From assembly GCA_012295275.1 (NCBI GenBank), contig CM022673.1, positions 19,716,001 through 19,780,000 on the forward strand: a stretch of 64,000 nt of DNA, in the 5' to 3' direction. Position 1 is the stretch's first letter, and every line of letters starts with the position of its first letter. Below are positions 13,818 to 28,304 of the stretch, one piece after another. Source of the DNA: Chrysomallon squamiferum. Lineage: Eukaryota > Animalia > Mollusca. The notes below the pieces were generated by a model, which saw only the letters and a list, made by a program, of their open reading frames with translations, was not told the DNA's origin and did no database searches. Made by a program: the position numbers and the translations under genes.

Positions 13818-15182
13818 GTAATAGTAATAGTAATAGTAATAATAATAATGATAATAATTTATATACTGCCAAGTTGTTGTTTTGGCAGTTTTATATATTC
13901 TTTTTTTCAGGGGGTGTAGTTAAAAAACATATGAATATAAAAATAATACTGTTAAAACATTCGAACGCCACCATCGTGTGAACAAATAACTATTTTATTT
14001 CATTTATTTAGCTAGTTGTTGTATTTATTTATTTTTAATTTTTTATCTATGTTAAATTCAGCTGGATTAATACACACTGCACGCGATATCATTCTGTTTA
14101 GGAGAAAATCGCTCTGCAAACATTTTTAAACTGCTTTTATTTCATCTTTATTATTATTATTATTAAGAATGTCAGGCAAAAATAAATAAATCGTAAAACA
14201 TAACTGGAAGACTATTTCTTTGCATCATCAAAGAAACCCTTTGAAAACTGAAAACATTAATGTTTGAACTAAATACCTTTTACATTAAGATAATTAATTA
14301 TCAAAGGAATCATGCACTGTATTAAAAGATTCATTTAGGTTCCTAATACATATTCATGTTAACACTTTCTTTCTCCATAAAATGTATTTACATTTTACTT
14401 TATTTCAGAATTATCAGCCAAAAACCATTTACATACTACTGCATTTGGTAATTATATACTTTTAAAGAAAGATATAAATGTAACGAAGTATTTTTTAATT
14501 ATTATTATTTTTTATTTTTCCCTGTTTACTGTCATAAATTTAATAATATTACAGGTTTTCTCCATGCTCTTTCCAATGATGTAGAAATAATTTTAATTTG
14601 AGGGACAATCTTTTATTTTTATTTATTGACAAATCATGTACCAAGTATACATTATGGAGTGTAATTTATTCCTCTGAAAGTGAGCACGGAACCAGTATAG
14701 TTCGTGTAGAACACAATTTGAAAAACTACCCAGTTGTTTATGCAGTAATTAAACAGTTCGTTCCAATACAGTTCTCAGTAATTCTCGTTTTGTTGTCTTA
14801 ATTCCAAATTTTCTATTACTCAAATTGTGATTTGCGAATTGTCAGCTATCGTAAACATATCCAGAATAAATAAATGAATAAACGAGGATTAGGTGTATTG
14901 CGTTTAACAAGGTAAAAGGAAGTTTCAAATCTGAAATTAAGTTCCAGTTGTTTTTTGTTTTTTTAAATCCGCGTTAATTTTGTAAGCTCTGATTTAAATT
15001 TTTGAGTTGTTAGAGATACGTTTAAAATTTTAACATGAGTGTTGATGACTGACATTTCTTTTCCGTCTTTGTCTTTAATTAATAAAGATCTATGTAGTAT
15101 GGTGTGCAAATCCAAATTACCCACGTCTTTTACCTCTAACCTCGGAAGTCTATATTTACAAATGTATTCTGGGTAACTGATA
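13640..15182. promoter_or_regulatory. Divergent promoter region LSM12 / HSD17B7
   Basis: Start codons are head-to-head, ~1.55 kb apart. CpG-containing patches occur near both starts, with ETS-like cores CGGAAG at ~13750 and CGGAAGT at 15143-15149. Confidence 0.55.
13775..13858. repeat. (AAT)n / (AATAGT)n microsatellite, near a poly-A tract at 13695-13720
   Basis: Read directly from the sequence. Confidence 0.9.
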
Positions 15183-18100
15183 ATGAAAATGGACAGGGAA
15201 AAAGTAGCTGTTGTTACCGGAGCAAATGCGTAAATATATATCTTTTTATTTTATTTTATAAAGAACATTTTAATAATAAGAAGATGAAGACGGCGAAAAG
15301 CTACCATTTTATTTATTAAACAAATAGTAAGATACTGATCATTTGACTCTTTTAAGCCTGATGCAATGACAGCTGCACTGGATCCATTTAATGATTTACA
15401 TTGCCTTCAAAAAGTTCAACCTCATATTTTTTAATAATGGTAGGTATGTGACGAAAGTGGGCAGGTGCGGAAGGTCTCCCGATTGTTGTGACACGTTTTT
15501 CTTTACCTCGAAGATGATTCCCTTACTGATGTGGTATATATTTATAGTTTACTGTGGTGAAACAGTAAGCTGAGTATTCGGCTTTTGACGTGTCATCTTT
15601 GATAAACATCGGAGAATCAAAATACAAGTTTACCATTTCAAAATGAGTGTCGTATGCCCAAGATAAGATTATCTGACACTTTAAAACACTATTTTCAGAT
15701 ATACTTCATGCACATTGGTTTGATTTTTATGAAACGTTAGATCTGTATAAAGGAGGTATAAGGCAAATGGAAATTAATGACATAATTATTAATTATTTGG
15801 TAAAAAAATAAATGCTATCAAAATGCTTAAATATGTAAGGATGCTCCAATTTATCAGTTCTTGAAAAATGAACGTTTTGTATATTTAGAATGTTTAATTT
15901 CTCTAGAGTTGAGAATTAATCATATGTATCAGTAATAGGTAACTTGACTAAAATAATAAACTATGATACCGAGTGTGAACCTGTAAGTAATTGTGACTCA
16001 AGCACCAAGTAGAAATCAGTATGAATAGTTTACTACTGTTCAATCGGCATTGGTCATTTAAAAAATATATATATATATACTGAAGGAAAGTACCTCTATG
16101 CAATGCCACAACAGTGGTAGTGTAAGTAACATAATATACATGCTTAGAGAAAAACCTTTTTTCTTCTTCATAACTTTGTTGTTGGAAATGAAACTGTTTA
16201 AATTGTTTTATGATGTCAAAATAACAAAGATTGTTTATTATGAAGTTAATGATAATAACAACACAAACACCCACACAGAGAAATATACACCCACAGTTGT
16301 ACCTGTCTTACACATGGGGCCAAATCAAGTGTTCCTAAAAGTAGTTGACATCTCTTCAGAGGGACAGTTTTTTGGGTGTTTTTTTTCACATCCATGACAC
16401 CAAAACCATCAAAAAACATAAATTGTTGTGGGTGGGCATTGCAGTAGCAAACATCATGGCTTTTTCCAGTTGCAAACCTATCGAGTTAATGATGTAAAAA
16501 AACATATTTTGCTCATCATAAAACTCATAAAAAGGTACATTTATGTTTTGAAAAATATTGCATTTGAAAGCCAAATAGACCTCCAATATATGCCAGTCAC
16601 ACCATCTTTTTGACCTGAAAAATCCACTAAGACTCTATGTTTATAAGACAAATATTCATGGAATGATGCTGAATGTTTGAATTATAATTATTATATACCA
16701 AAAGTTTTGAACTTGCACATTTTGGCAGGCATTGTTTGATGATTGCAGTCCATAGCTCTTGTAACTGAGCAAAAAATAAATTATAAAATCTATTTCTAAA
16801 AATATTGTATAAAGCTGCTATACAATAAAATTATTTATTTTGGTGAAAACAAATCCAAACTGGTATGACTGTCCACTTCAGCAGTGGAATAATTTTTTTT
16901 TTTTTTGACTGTTCATTAGGTGTCTAAGGGATATAGTAATTGAAAAAGTGCCCATATATCACAGGTGGCTGCTCATCTAGCGGCTGCTAAAGACAGTTTA
17001 CACTAAGTATGTGTAAAATGTTCATTACAGTCAAATATCTAGATTAATATAATCTTAGACTGCACTGTATAGTAATTATTACAGACATGACCTTTGAACA
17101 AGGTCAGGTGTCCAGAATCTCACGGAATTCAGATTGCATAACTTAAATTGTTACTTCATATCACATGTGCTCTTTTATTTTTAAGCTATGAAATTGCATA
17201 ACTTCAATTATTACAACATTCACATCTGCACATTTTCTGCAAATTTTTCAACTCCATGGCGTTGTTATAAAAAGGGCTGGCTTTTAGTAATTAAAGAAGT
17301 AAGCGAGATCAAAGGAAACAGTCAAGACAAAAGTTCAGTCAAATGTGGAAGCCAAATGTTTTTGAATGACATTGTCTTTATGGACAAGTATGGTAAGCAG
17401 TTGTCTATTCTTATTTTGATACAGTGTAATGTGCAATTACCCTGTGTCAATAACATTTATTACACCTAAAATTTTAATGTTTTAATCTGTCCTCCATGCA
17501 GATTCTTATTTTTGTCTTGGTTCCCCTAATGACCTTTCATGTGTCATTGATCAAAATTACTTAAACATATGTTTTATGATTGTATAATGTATCATTATCA
17601 AGGCACCTGTATATCATAATTAAATAATTAATGTAAAACTTAACTGGTGTTGTGTTTATTTTTCTAGTGGATAAATAGACTTATTGATTTACATAGTTTG
17701 CTGTCAATTTAGCATTTATATTCCTTGTTAGGTGGCCATTAAAACACCTTGTTACCCTAGCCTGATCCTTAAAAACATTCAAGGTGTTTAAAGGTGTGAG
17801 CCCCATGACAGTAACCCACACACTGTTATTAATTGCTTGTTTGTATATTTAGATAATAAAAAATTGCTTTATTTCATTTGTTAATCTGTTGTGTTATTTA
17901 TATTTAACATGTTCTTCACTCAGGTTAAAAAACTAAGAAAATTACTATTAATTTTGACAGTTCTAATCAGATATTTGACTGCAGCATTTTTTTTTTTTCC
18001 CACTGTATTAAGTGATCGTTATGAAGCCATTTTATTTTATTTTAATTTTTTTTTAAATTTTATTTGTTATTATTGCTGCTGTTTGTTTGCTTTTTTGGGA

Positions 18101-21100
18101 GAGGGGTTAAAGTCATTAAAAACATCTTATCTTTCTTGATATACATCGCAAATAGATAACTAGATACTACTACATAGTTTATTTCAAAACCTTTTCCAAT
18201 GATATTATCAGTATTTGAATTGCTTTGATTTAATTTTTGGGGATTTTTATTCTTTTTTTTGTCACAACTCATATAACTACTGCTATTGCTGATATTAATT
18301 GCTGAGTTTAACATTTCAGGTAAATATCAATTCAGGTACAGAATATTATAACTATCAATATTATATGTTTGTCTGATGTTTCTTCCTTAAATTATCATAT
18401 TACTAATAGTACATAATTATATATGTTTATTGCAATTTCTATTTTTTAATTTTTCAAACATTTTTTTTCAGTGGAATTGGATTAACTCTGTGTGAACTTC
18501 TGTTAGCAGAACATGATAATCTTCAGTTGTGTCTGGTCTGTCGCAACCAAACAAAAGCAGAAATAGCTAGAAACACTCTTTTACTGGCTCATCCAGAAGC
18601 TGTCATATCAGTTGTGATTTCAGATATTTCAAATGTTAATTCTGTTTATCAGTCAGCTAAAGATATCAGGAAACTGTAAGTTTTTCTTTTGTTCATGATA
18701 ATTATGACATTTAATTTCTGAAAATAAATAGCAATGCTGTTGAACTATATCTTTATTATAAATAAATTTTCACATATATTATATGGTTGAATAAAAGTAC
18801 AAGATAAACAGCATCTAAGGTGACACAGTGTCAGATTTAATTTGATTAGCAGACTATGTGTGTGGATGTTTTAATTTTTGTGTATCTGTTAACAAGACCA
18901 TTGAGTTGAAGGGGTACACCTAAAGTTTTACAGAGGCAGTCTACAGACATGTAACATGCCATATGACATATTGCATGTGTGGGATAATCAAACATAATTG
19001 CAATCAACTTAAATATAATTTTTTCTTTTTTTCTTTGTGTTTCACAAACTATCTATAAACATTTGCCAGTGACCAAACAATACAAGGTTCATTTGTTAAA
19101 AGATTCATTCTGTGTCAAATCACCTAATACAATGGAAAGCTGGAACTTGATCATTTCAGATTTTGATAATAATTAGTGGTGCAAGTTTGGTATGTTTTCA
19201 AACAAAGAAAAATGAAATGTTACTTTCATTAGAGTAGGAGTTTTAGAAATATGGCACTTCAAAATTTGACATTTTTGGTCAAAATGGGCATGGTCACCAG
19301 TGTTAGATCACACATTTAATGATGTTTAGTATGTGTAAAACATACATAACTGCCTCATGCACGCATATTTTGATTGTATATTACTGACTTAAAAGGATTA
19401 TTAATTCTCCAGAATGTTTTGTGTTGTTAAAATTATGGCTGAAGATCGTCACCCAGTCCACAAGTTCAAACAAAAAATTATGAACCCTTGAGTTGAAGAT
19501 TTAAGTTTCTTATAGAATATTCTTTCCAATATTATTATGCTGGGATTTCAACATTTGTGCCCATGCCTATTTTGATGTCAAATCTTGACATTTGTGCCTG
19601 GGCCTATTTTGATCAAAAATATTGATCTGTTCTTGTCTGAGATCAAACAAATTTTTAGGTGAACTGGAATTAGTCAAGTTACAACCAATGAGTGAACTGG
19701 CATGGAATGACCCAAAATTAAAGCACAATGTCAATGCCAAAATAAGTAATCAGTCCAGGCAAATGTTTATTTAGTGTAAATTGAACTTAACTTGTCTATG
19801 CATTCACTTTATTTTTTTCCTCCCATCATTCAGTTAAATAAATAATTTTTATGGACGTTAACACGAAAGTAAAAAAACAAAAAACAAATGAATACACTTG
19901 GAAATTAATAAAGGGATAACATGAGGAATGGTTTCTTAACTTGTACATTTTTTATCATTCAAATGCAATGTACCAAAATATTTAAATATAATCAGTTTAA
20001 TATCTTTTAAAAATAAAAACCAATTTAACATTTGTTTGAGGCAGATGTTTCTGACTTGTTTACATAATGTACTTGTGAACAGTTTCACAGTGATAAATGA
20101 TAAATATGATGCTTTGTTGTGAAATGATATATTAATTTATAGTCATCTAAGCAAACATAATTAATAGAACAAAATTGTGCCTCTTTCTTTCATTGATACA
20201 CTTTATTGTCGTGATGTTATCTTGCAGGTACAATCACATAGATTTCCTGTATCTTAATGCTGGAACAATGCCTGTAAAAGGAGTAAAATGGAAAAATTTC
20301 TTCAAGAATCTTTTTTCAAGGTATTTATTTTATTGTAGATAATAGAAAATAGTAGTAAATATATGGGATAATTCAAGACTAATATATGTAACTAATTTGG
20401 AAATCTCTTTTTTTTTTTTTTTTTTTTTTTTTGACCAGTAATTGTGTGTATATGATGTCTACAGGATCAGGTGTATTGAACTGTGAGGATGACGTTACAT
20501 CAGAAGGACTCAGACAGGTCTTTGCCACCAATGTGTTTGGACATTTTGTTTTGGTAAGAACACACTTAAAATTTGGTTTCTTTCAGAATTTAGGGTTGAG
20601 AAATCTATAATATAAAGAACTTAATTAATTATCATTGGTAGATTACTCGATTGTGATTGGCTAACCAGTTAATTTAGAGGTTAAAGATCCACAACCACCT
20701 ACCTATGATTTAATGAAACTAGCTTAAGAGTATCATTCATCATTTATAAAAACGATTCAAATATCTATCCACTTAGCTTTTGTTTGGCATTTTTATTATC
20801 GTTTTAATTTCACATATGTTATTTTGATTTTTACCAAATTAATTTTCTTTAAACTAATACAATGTTAGTTACTTGTTTGTGCCATTTTAAACATAACAAA
20901 TCATTCAGTCACGTTTTCATCTATGTCTGTTAATAAAGAATAGTTTCTAAAGGGACAACAGTCTTATTTCAAGGAGCTTATGATTGAAACATTCAATAAA
21001 TACATGAAATTTGAGTGAATTTCCTCATATTTAAAATAAAATGATAATAAATTTGAGTTATTATTGTTTAAATACTAAGGAAATATGCAAATTTGACATT

Positions 21101-24100
21101 CTACAGTGAATTTGAAGATTATCTCCACAACAGAATGGCTGTGAATTTTTTTTAATTTGGTAGAACAGATAAACCTACTCCAATTTCATATCTGAGATAG
21201 GCTGTAATGGCTTGAACACTGCTAATGCCATTTTGTAATTATTACCACCCTCAAAAATCAGAATAGTTTAATCACTTTATCAGCTTTTATTAAAGTCATT
21301 TGGATGTTAATTTTACAGATAAAGGAATTAGAAGACCTAATGGGAGGTCCTGATCAGCCCACACGCATCATATGGACATCTTCAAGTGCTGCATCAAAAA
21401 ATAACTTTGACATCAATGATATTCAACATGAAAATGGGTAAAGAGAGAATAAATAAATGTTTTGGAAGAATTGATTTATTTTTAATACATACATTTATCC
21501 ATAATAATACACACTTATACATAAAGACAAGATACATATCAAATTTCATAATCATCTTGTTGTTTATTTATGTATATAATCAGATATGAGTAAGAAAAGG
21601 AAAAGAGTTTTTAAACAAATATTAATATTAATGAAAATGGGAACAAGATTGGTTTTGGCAACATGAGTAAATGTGAGTAATTAAATGGGTACTGGTCTTC
21701 ACTAGCCTGATAAAAATTTTAAAAAAATCCCATACACATTCTGATTAAATATCTAAGCAAAATGAAATGTACAGTCATGATTGTAAATTGTAGTCTAGAC
21801 ACTTAGATATGCAGAGACACTGATTATCTATAGTTACAATTATGGAACTGATTGTTGTTTTCCCAGGTTTATGCTAACATGATATTAGTGTGAAATAAAA
21901 TATTATAATAATATATAATATATAGTAAACCTGTACTATGATTTTCAGTAATGAGCCATATAAATCATCAAAATATGCTGTGGATTTGCTGAGTCTGGAA
22001 CTCAATACAAGATGGAACAAACAGGTTAAAATTAGTTCACTTGCTCACACACACACACATACACATCATTAACATGCAAATGATGTTTGTGTTGTTTCCA
22101 CAATGAAATAACTAAAGGTCTAACATTCATATATGCTTGTGTATGGAAAGATCATAAATATCATTGCTGGGAATTTTGTGTAAAATTATGCATCAAGAAG
22201 GATATATGTGTATTTACCTACCTACAACTCTGTTTTACTCCAGCAATCTAGATTTAAATATTATGCTCATATTTGTCTTTATATTGTCTCTATACCATGA
22301 CTTTTTAGTCTTAAATAACGATGATCTCTAAATAACCTATTTCCTATAGCTTCCTTGCAGGATGCTTTTAAACCTTTGTAGTCTTCATGGGGGTAAAAAA
22401 AACATCTTTTTAAGTTAGGGCTGTCAGTTAAATCTTCTAGTAGCCATACCCTGCAAATATCCTTCCCAAGAAAGCCATTTTAAAAAATCAGGCTTTGAAT
22501 AACAATAATATATATCAAATATAAAACATATGTAAATAATACAAGTTATGATAAGTTATTTGGTTCTGTTTTTGCCTTTCCTTGCCTCCAGCTCCACGTT
22601 TTCCCCATAATCGATTTAGTTTCTGCACAATGATTGCTGTGCTGATAACAATTTTTTTATCATTGTTGTAAATACTCTGCATGTGGTTGAACCATTAGTT
22701 CTATATTAGAAATCTGATTTACCCCAGACATCACTAAATTTGAAAAATAAAAATTATTATGTGGCTGTTAAAATGACAATCAGCACATTGTAACTTAAGG
22801 GTATACTTCATAATAATAGGAGTTAAACATTGATGAAAATGTTGTTTTAATGACCTTTGTCTTCATTTGATATGACACAATGTTGTTTATTGTAAGTTTG
22901 TTATGTAGTTTGATTATCTATGTTTTTCAAATAAGCAAAAAGTTTTATTTGTGTCTATTTTGTTATTATGAGTCTTATTGACAACATATAATGCATAGTT
23001 ATAAAACATGCATAAATTGATGATGGGAAATAATTTCTTATTCAATAACATGCAATTACACAATTCTGTGAGAATTACCCACGTATCCACGTAAAATATC
23101 ACTGTAAGTACCTTCATTGCACCTTCATTATAAGTAATTGTCAGTTTACATTTACAATACAATAGTAATGTTAAACCTTATTTCAGTCAAAATTTGTTGA
23201 ATCTTTACAAGATTTTTCTTGTTAGAAACTGTTTTCCCAAACTTCCATGGTGACACTTAACTAAGATTACATAGATTGCTAAGATCACCAAGAAACATTT
23301 GTTTATATGTGATTAGAGCACATGCCCCAGTTCTGTGTGAGCTAAAGAGCAAAAACTTGGTCTGGCAAATTCAAATTGTGTAACTTTTAAAACGGGGGAA
23401 AAAGGTTACACACATTTTTGTTTTTACATCTTTGATCTTTTCTAAAAATATTTAAATCTGCATCCACAAGTTATAGCAAAACAAAGAAAAGAGAGTATCA
23501 AACAACATATTGAGAATATATTATAACTGACATTACAGTGAATTCAGCTTTTCCATTTATGGATGCTATATCTCATGGAAGAGTGTGTCAAAGGCACCTT
23601 CAGTGTTTCTTTAATTCTGTTCTTTTTGAAAGTTTAGACAACAAAAAAGAAAAGAAAATCAGAATTTCTTTAAATAAGTAATTATTTATCAAAGGTGCAT
23701 ACATGCCTGCTGTACATTTCATGGTGTGTAGTTCAGCTAAATTTATTCTGGCTGGAAAGTAATTTTATGTTAATATATATTTTATAAAATAGAAATTTAA
23801 ATATTATGCTCATAAATTATTTGTAGTTATATTTTTCTTTTATTAAATTATTACAAATTTCAAACAATTATATGTTCCAGTAAAGCAATGATACAGCTAT
23901 TCATTTGAACAGTGAAAGTTTTATTATTAATCCTAAGATGTACTATTTTCCCTAACATGTTGGATAATATATTCAAATGCAGAATTATATCTAAACAGAA
24001 CAATAAAAATTTAAAAAAAAAAGAAAAAGAAATAAAAGAAGTAAATGTGTACCATTATAACAACAGGTTCACAGTCAGAAGGAATCTAAGAATAGTGTGA

Positions 24101-27100
24101 ATTTGTTATAGAAATGTTAACATGCTAGATTACAAGAGTCTTCTGTAACTTTGTAGTACTTGATCACACTGCATTTTAACTATAGTACTGTAACCAAATT
24201 AGATAAAGTTCAAAAATGAATTTAGAATATAGAAATTTTGAAACTGGTGATAGGCTGTCAGTTACTAAATTTCTTTGCAGAATATTTATTCCCATTCTGT
24301 TTGTCCTGGTCTGGTTACAACAAATCTGACATTAAGAATTATGCCATGGTGGTTCTGGAAAATAATGTTTCCCTGCTTTTGTTTTGTAAGTATCTTATGG
24401 TTAAGTAGGTAATGTCTCACAAAATCATTGTTTCCTTTTAGGGTAACTACTTTCAAAATAAAAACTGTTTACGTAACTATATAATGTAAAAAAATTAAAT
24501 TCTCTGCACGTGTACCATTTTAAAATATATGCTTCTAGCAAATTACAAAATTATGTTTAGACACAGCAAAACACAAACAATAGCAAGGTTTATAAGTGAA
24601 TGCTGTGTATTGTTTATTGAAAAAAATAAATCATTTTTCATTTGAATAATATATGTGAAATCTGTGGGTATGAAAATGCCCTTTTTGGCCTATCGGGGAA
24701 TGATTCTTGATCTTTGATTATGTTTCAAACTTGCATTTGTTTTTGGACTCAACTATCTGTCCATTTCTATTACTGAATTAATTTTTATTTGTTCTCCAGA
24801 TAATCAGTTGAACGACTCAGACATTTGTCAGTAGTGTGTTTTCTTTGGTCCACAGTAATCAGAAATAACTGGTTTATTAATTTGAATTTGTTCTGACTAT
24901 AGTATTGCTACATAATCCAGCTAATAAAGTAATAATGAATACAAAATCTGTGCAAGAAAATATGATCATGAAAGTAAATCTATCAGTGAGATTAATTACA
25001 TAACCAGTAGCTCAAGTGTTAAAGAACCATAATTATATAACTGATGAGATTAGTTTCTTCATGGAAATTAGGAATTTTGTTTTAAGTTGATAATTAAGGG
25101 TTTCAAAGAGGAAAATTAATAATTCTGTAAATGTTAACTAAAAGCACAATGTTATGGTATACTGAACTGAAATAATGGAGAAATGCAGTTCAGTGAAATT
25201 AAGGGAAGCCTGACCTTAGTACAAAATGTGAAAAGATAGATCAGTGAAATTAAGGGAAGCCTGATCTTAGTACAAAATGTGTTAAAATCGAAGTTAAATA
25301 TTACTAGTATTTGTCATGAATAGTGATGATCGAGTTTTTCTGTTGTGGGTGAAAAACTTTGGACTAATTATTGTGATGATACAAAAAAGCACCATATTCG
25401 TTTTTCCTTTTTTTTTAATGTGATATTTAAAGTAAATATGTAAAAATGCACAATGGCCCTGCTTTTTAACCCACATTTTGTAGGAAGGGACAAAAACATT
25501 ATGTCATAACACAAAAATCAGGTGATTACATGGGACTAATTGGCATACATTATTATAAAAGGGGTGGGAAAAACAATTTCTGCCAATCCATATTTATTCC
25601 TTAAAAAGAAGAAAGGTGAGATGGTCAAAATACTGTCTGTTACATGGTCTTATGTCATTTACATATGTTATCCATTCTGAAATTTGAAGAAGTAAAAAAG
25701 AAACAGATAAAGCCATGATTTATCTAATATAGAAATAATAAAAATAATAGTATGAAAGAACCAATTCAGAAATACAGTTAATGTTGTTTTTTTTTTTTTT
25801 TTTTTCAGATGAGGATAGTTGTTCCAAGCCTAACCTGCACAGTAAAAAATGGATGTGAAGCTCTGGTGTGAAAACATTTTTTTAAATTAAATAGCAAATA
25901 ATGTGAAGTTAGTGTGTGTGTGTGTGTGTGTGAAAACACATCTTATTATTGATTCTGTGTTTTATACAGCTTTAACCACTGAAACTATCTCTTTGAATTC
26001 CGAGTACACTGACAGGCCTTTTATGTTTATACAAATTTTACCCCTAAGAAACTAACAGTCAAAAACATGCAAAGTACTCTGCCTGTCTAGATGCTATTGA
26101 TTAGTCGTCAAATGCACAGATATAATGGAACTTTGAATCTCCTCAAGGGTGATCTGTTTCCAACTTCGTTGATTTTAGTCTGTAGTTCCTCCTCAATATC
26201 CTTTTGATCTTTATATACCTTCTCACTCAGTGAACTCCATTAGTAGTAATGCACTGGATCCAAAGACTAAAATGAAGGATAAATAAGTAATAACTGGTTA
26301 CTGCCTTAAGATATTAGCTTTATCCTGCAAAAGTTCATACAGTACTCAAAAACATAGATAATTATCACATCATCTTACCTTGTCACCATGTTCAGTGATT
26401 ACAGGATATGTATATGTATATGTATATGTGTATGTATGTACTGCTCAACAGAATAATATTTAAAAAAAATTAAACTGTATTATAGATATGGCTATCGAAG
26501 CAAGAACCAGAAACACTGGATCCTGGTTGCAAGTTCCACAGTAATGCTTCTGTATTTGGAAGAACATATGTAACACCAAAAAAGGTAAAACCAAATGTTT
26601 TCTGGTTTTCTGAGACTTTACTTATGATTGGATGAAAGCATTCTTTTTTCATAAACCTTTAAAGGATCAAACAAACTGTTCCAGCTATTTTATTGCAGTT
26701 GCTAGTTGCTTCTTTGAATCCATGGAAAGATTAATCAACTGATAATGGTTTTCAATTTTCAAAGATAAAAAAATAAATGTATTTTAGGTGGAAGTGAGAG
26801 TTGCTTTCAATTATTTGAAATTTTTAAAAACAAATCAACATATATTGTAAATTTAAAAATGTATGTATTTAATAATTTTTATCTTTACCACTTTCCACAC
26901 TAATTTATTCTATTCTCATTATGGCTGTAGATTGACACACAGTAATTGATGGTTTAACAACAAACATAAATGTAATAATGTAACTGCTAATTGTCTGGTT
27001 CATGGTGTCAGTAACCAAATAATTAATATTTTAATAATATCATCATATTAGTTTGTACCATAATTCATTATTTTACAAGTGTTAAAATATTAAATTGTTA

Positions 27101-27350
27101 GAAACAATATTTATTTATTTATTTTTTCCTGTTTGCTCAGAAAAGGGGCCAAAATATGTTTTGGTCATGCTTAAGTCAAAATTAATATTTTTTTAAAATT
27201 AAGGCAAGAATTAAATATAAAATTAATTTCAGATTTTGCTTTCCATTTTCACAGATGGCACTCAATGCAAGTGATGCCAGCAAATTGTATGAAAAGTTAA
27301 CAGAACTGGAAATGGAATTCAGAGAAAAATACAAAAAAAAGGATTACTAA
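15183..27350 (+). CDS. HSD17B7: 3-keto-steroid reductase / 17-beta-hydroxysteroid dehydrogenase 7 (SDR family), ~336 aa
   Basis: Exons 15183-15229, 18472-18675, 20228-20320, 20439-20553, 21319-21437, 21949-22024, 24281-24385, 25809-25865, 26486-26584, 27255-27350 (1011 nt). Motifs: VTGANAGIG (TGxxxGxG), LYLNAG, VFATNVFGHF, IIWTSS, EPYKSSKYAVDLLS (YxxxK), CPGLVTTNLT, NGCEALIWL. Confidence 0.93.
17123..17809. repeat. Dispersed repeat copy A (inverted copy at 41345-41950), in HSD17B7 intron 1
   Basis: Long collinear reverse-complement matches to 41345-41936, e.g. ctccatggcgttgttataaaaagggctggc, tcaaaattacttaaacatatgttttatgattgtataatgta and tatattccttgttaggtggccattaaa. Confidence 0.88.
19102..19713. 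mobile_element. Degenerate non-autonomous DNA transposon (GGGTCATTCC-type TIR)
   Basis: Right end reverse complement GGGTCATTCCATGCCAGTTCAC; left end GATTCATTCTGTGTCAAATCAC is a decayed match. Superfamily not assigned. Confidence 0.5.
25190..25281. repeat. Tandem duplication of 41 bp (period 51)
   Basis: tcagtgaaattaagggaagcctgaYcttagtacaaaatgtg at 25190-25230 and 25241-25281. Confidence 0.9.
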
Positions 27351-28236
27351 TTACCTTAATATGCAAGATAATATTACTGACATAGAAATCAAAGTTAGCT
27401 CATGCAAGGAAGAATATTTCAGCTTTATCTGTTTTTTTTTTCCTTTATGTATTCCTATAATTAATGCAGGAATACATTATTATATTTGGAAAGAAACAAC
27501 TACAATTTTTTATTCTGATAAAATGGTAATTATGTAACTGAGATAAATTTCATAGTCTTTGTTCTTTATTTTATTTATTTAATTTGTTTACTTTTTAATT
27601 ATTTTTATTTTTATTTTTTTTATTTGCCATCCCTACTTAGTTTTGGCACAAATAATTAAAAAGCACATGTCAAAACTGGCATAATGAGCATAAATCTGTG
27701 CTTAAAGAAGTTAAATCATTTGATAAATAATCATTTCGAATAAGCAATGAATTGTAATATTGAAAGGTGACATATATTTATATTTGATTATTAAGTCTTC
27801 TTAATATCTAAATTATTGGTCATACATTTCATTGCAAACACGCACACACACACACAATGGAACAACTTGGTTATTTATAGGCTAACCACATCTGTGAAAG
27901 TGTGTACTTGTTAACTGTTTTTATAACATTCATTTGCAGAATTTTTTTTAAAAAGATGAAGGATATTTTTATTATTTAACAAATTTTACTTGGTACTTTA
28001 TTTTCATTATGTTTTCATCAAATGCATTAGGTCAGATTGCTTTATACATAACATTATTAGTACTGGTACTTTATGATTTTGCCGTATTTATTAACGCAAA
28101 AAATTATTTTAATAAATCTCTTATTACTTGTAGATTTGTTGTTCCTTCTTTTTTAAAACCTTTTTTTGTAAATTTTATTGTTTTTGTTGTTATTATTATT
28201 ATTATTATTATGAACAGTTTAAAATCAGTCTTATTC

Positions 28237-28304
28237 TTCTGATAAAATAGTCTGTTATTAAATTAAATTTGATTTAATAACAGACTATTTTAATTTATCA
28301 GAAA
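28237..28304. repeat. Near-perfect hairpin (20-bp perfect inverted repeat, extendable)
   Basis: aaaatagtctgttattaaat (28244-28263) pairs with atttaataacagactatttt (28272-28291) across an 8-nt loop; the flanks ttctgataa / ttatcagaa extend the stem. Confidence 0.85.

Noticed and set aside
15391-15573. Alternative coding first exon of HSD17B7 using the donor ACA|GTAAGC at 15565
   Set aside because: Phase 0 is incompatible with the phase-2 acceptor of exon 2, and the ORF lacks the Rossmann motif. At most it is a non-coding exon.
25190-25281. Repeat-spacer-repeat resembling CRISPR
   Set aside because: Only two repeats with a 10-nt spacer, inside a eukaryotic intron with no cas genes; a simple tandem duplication.
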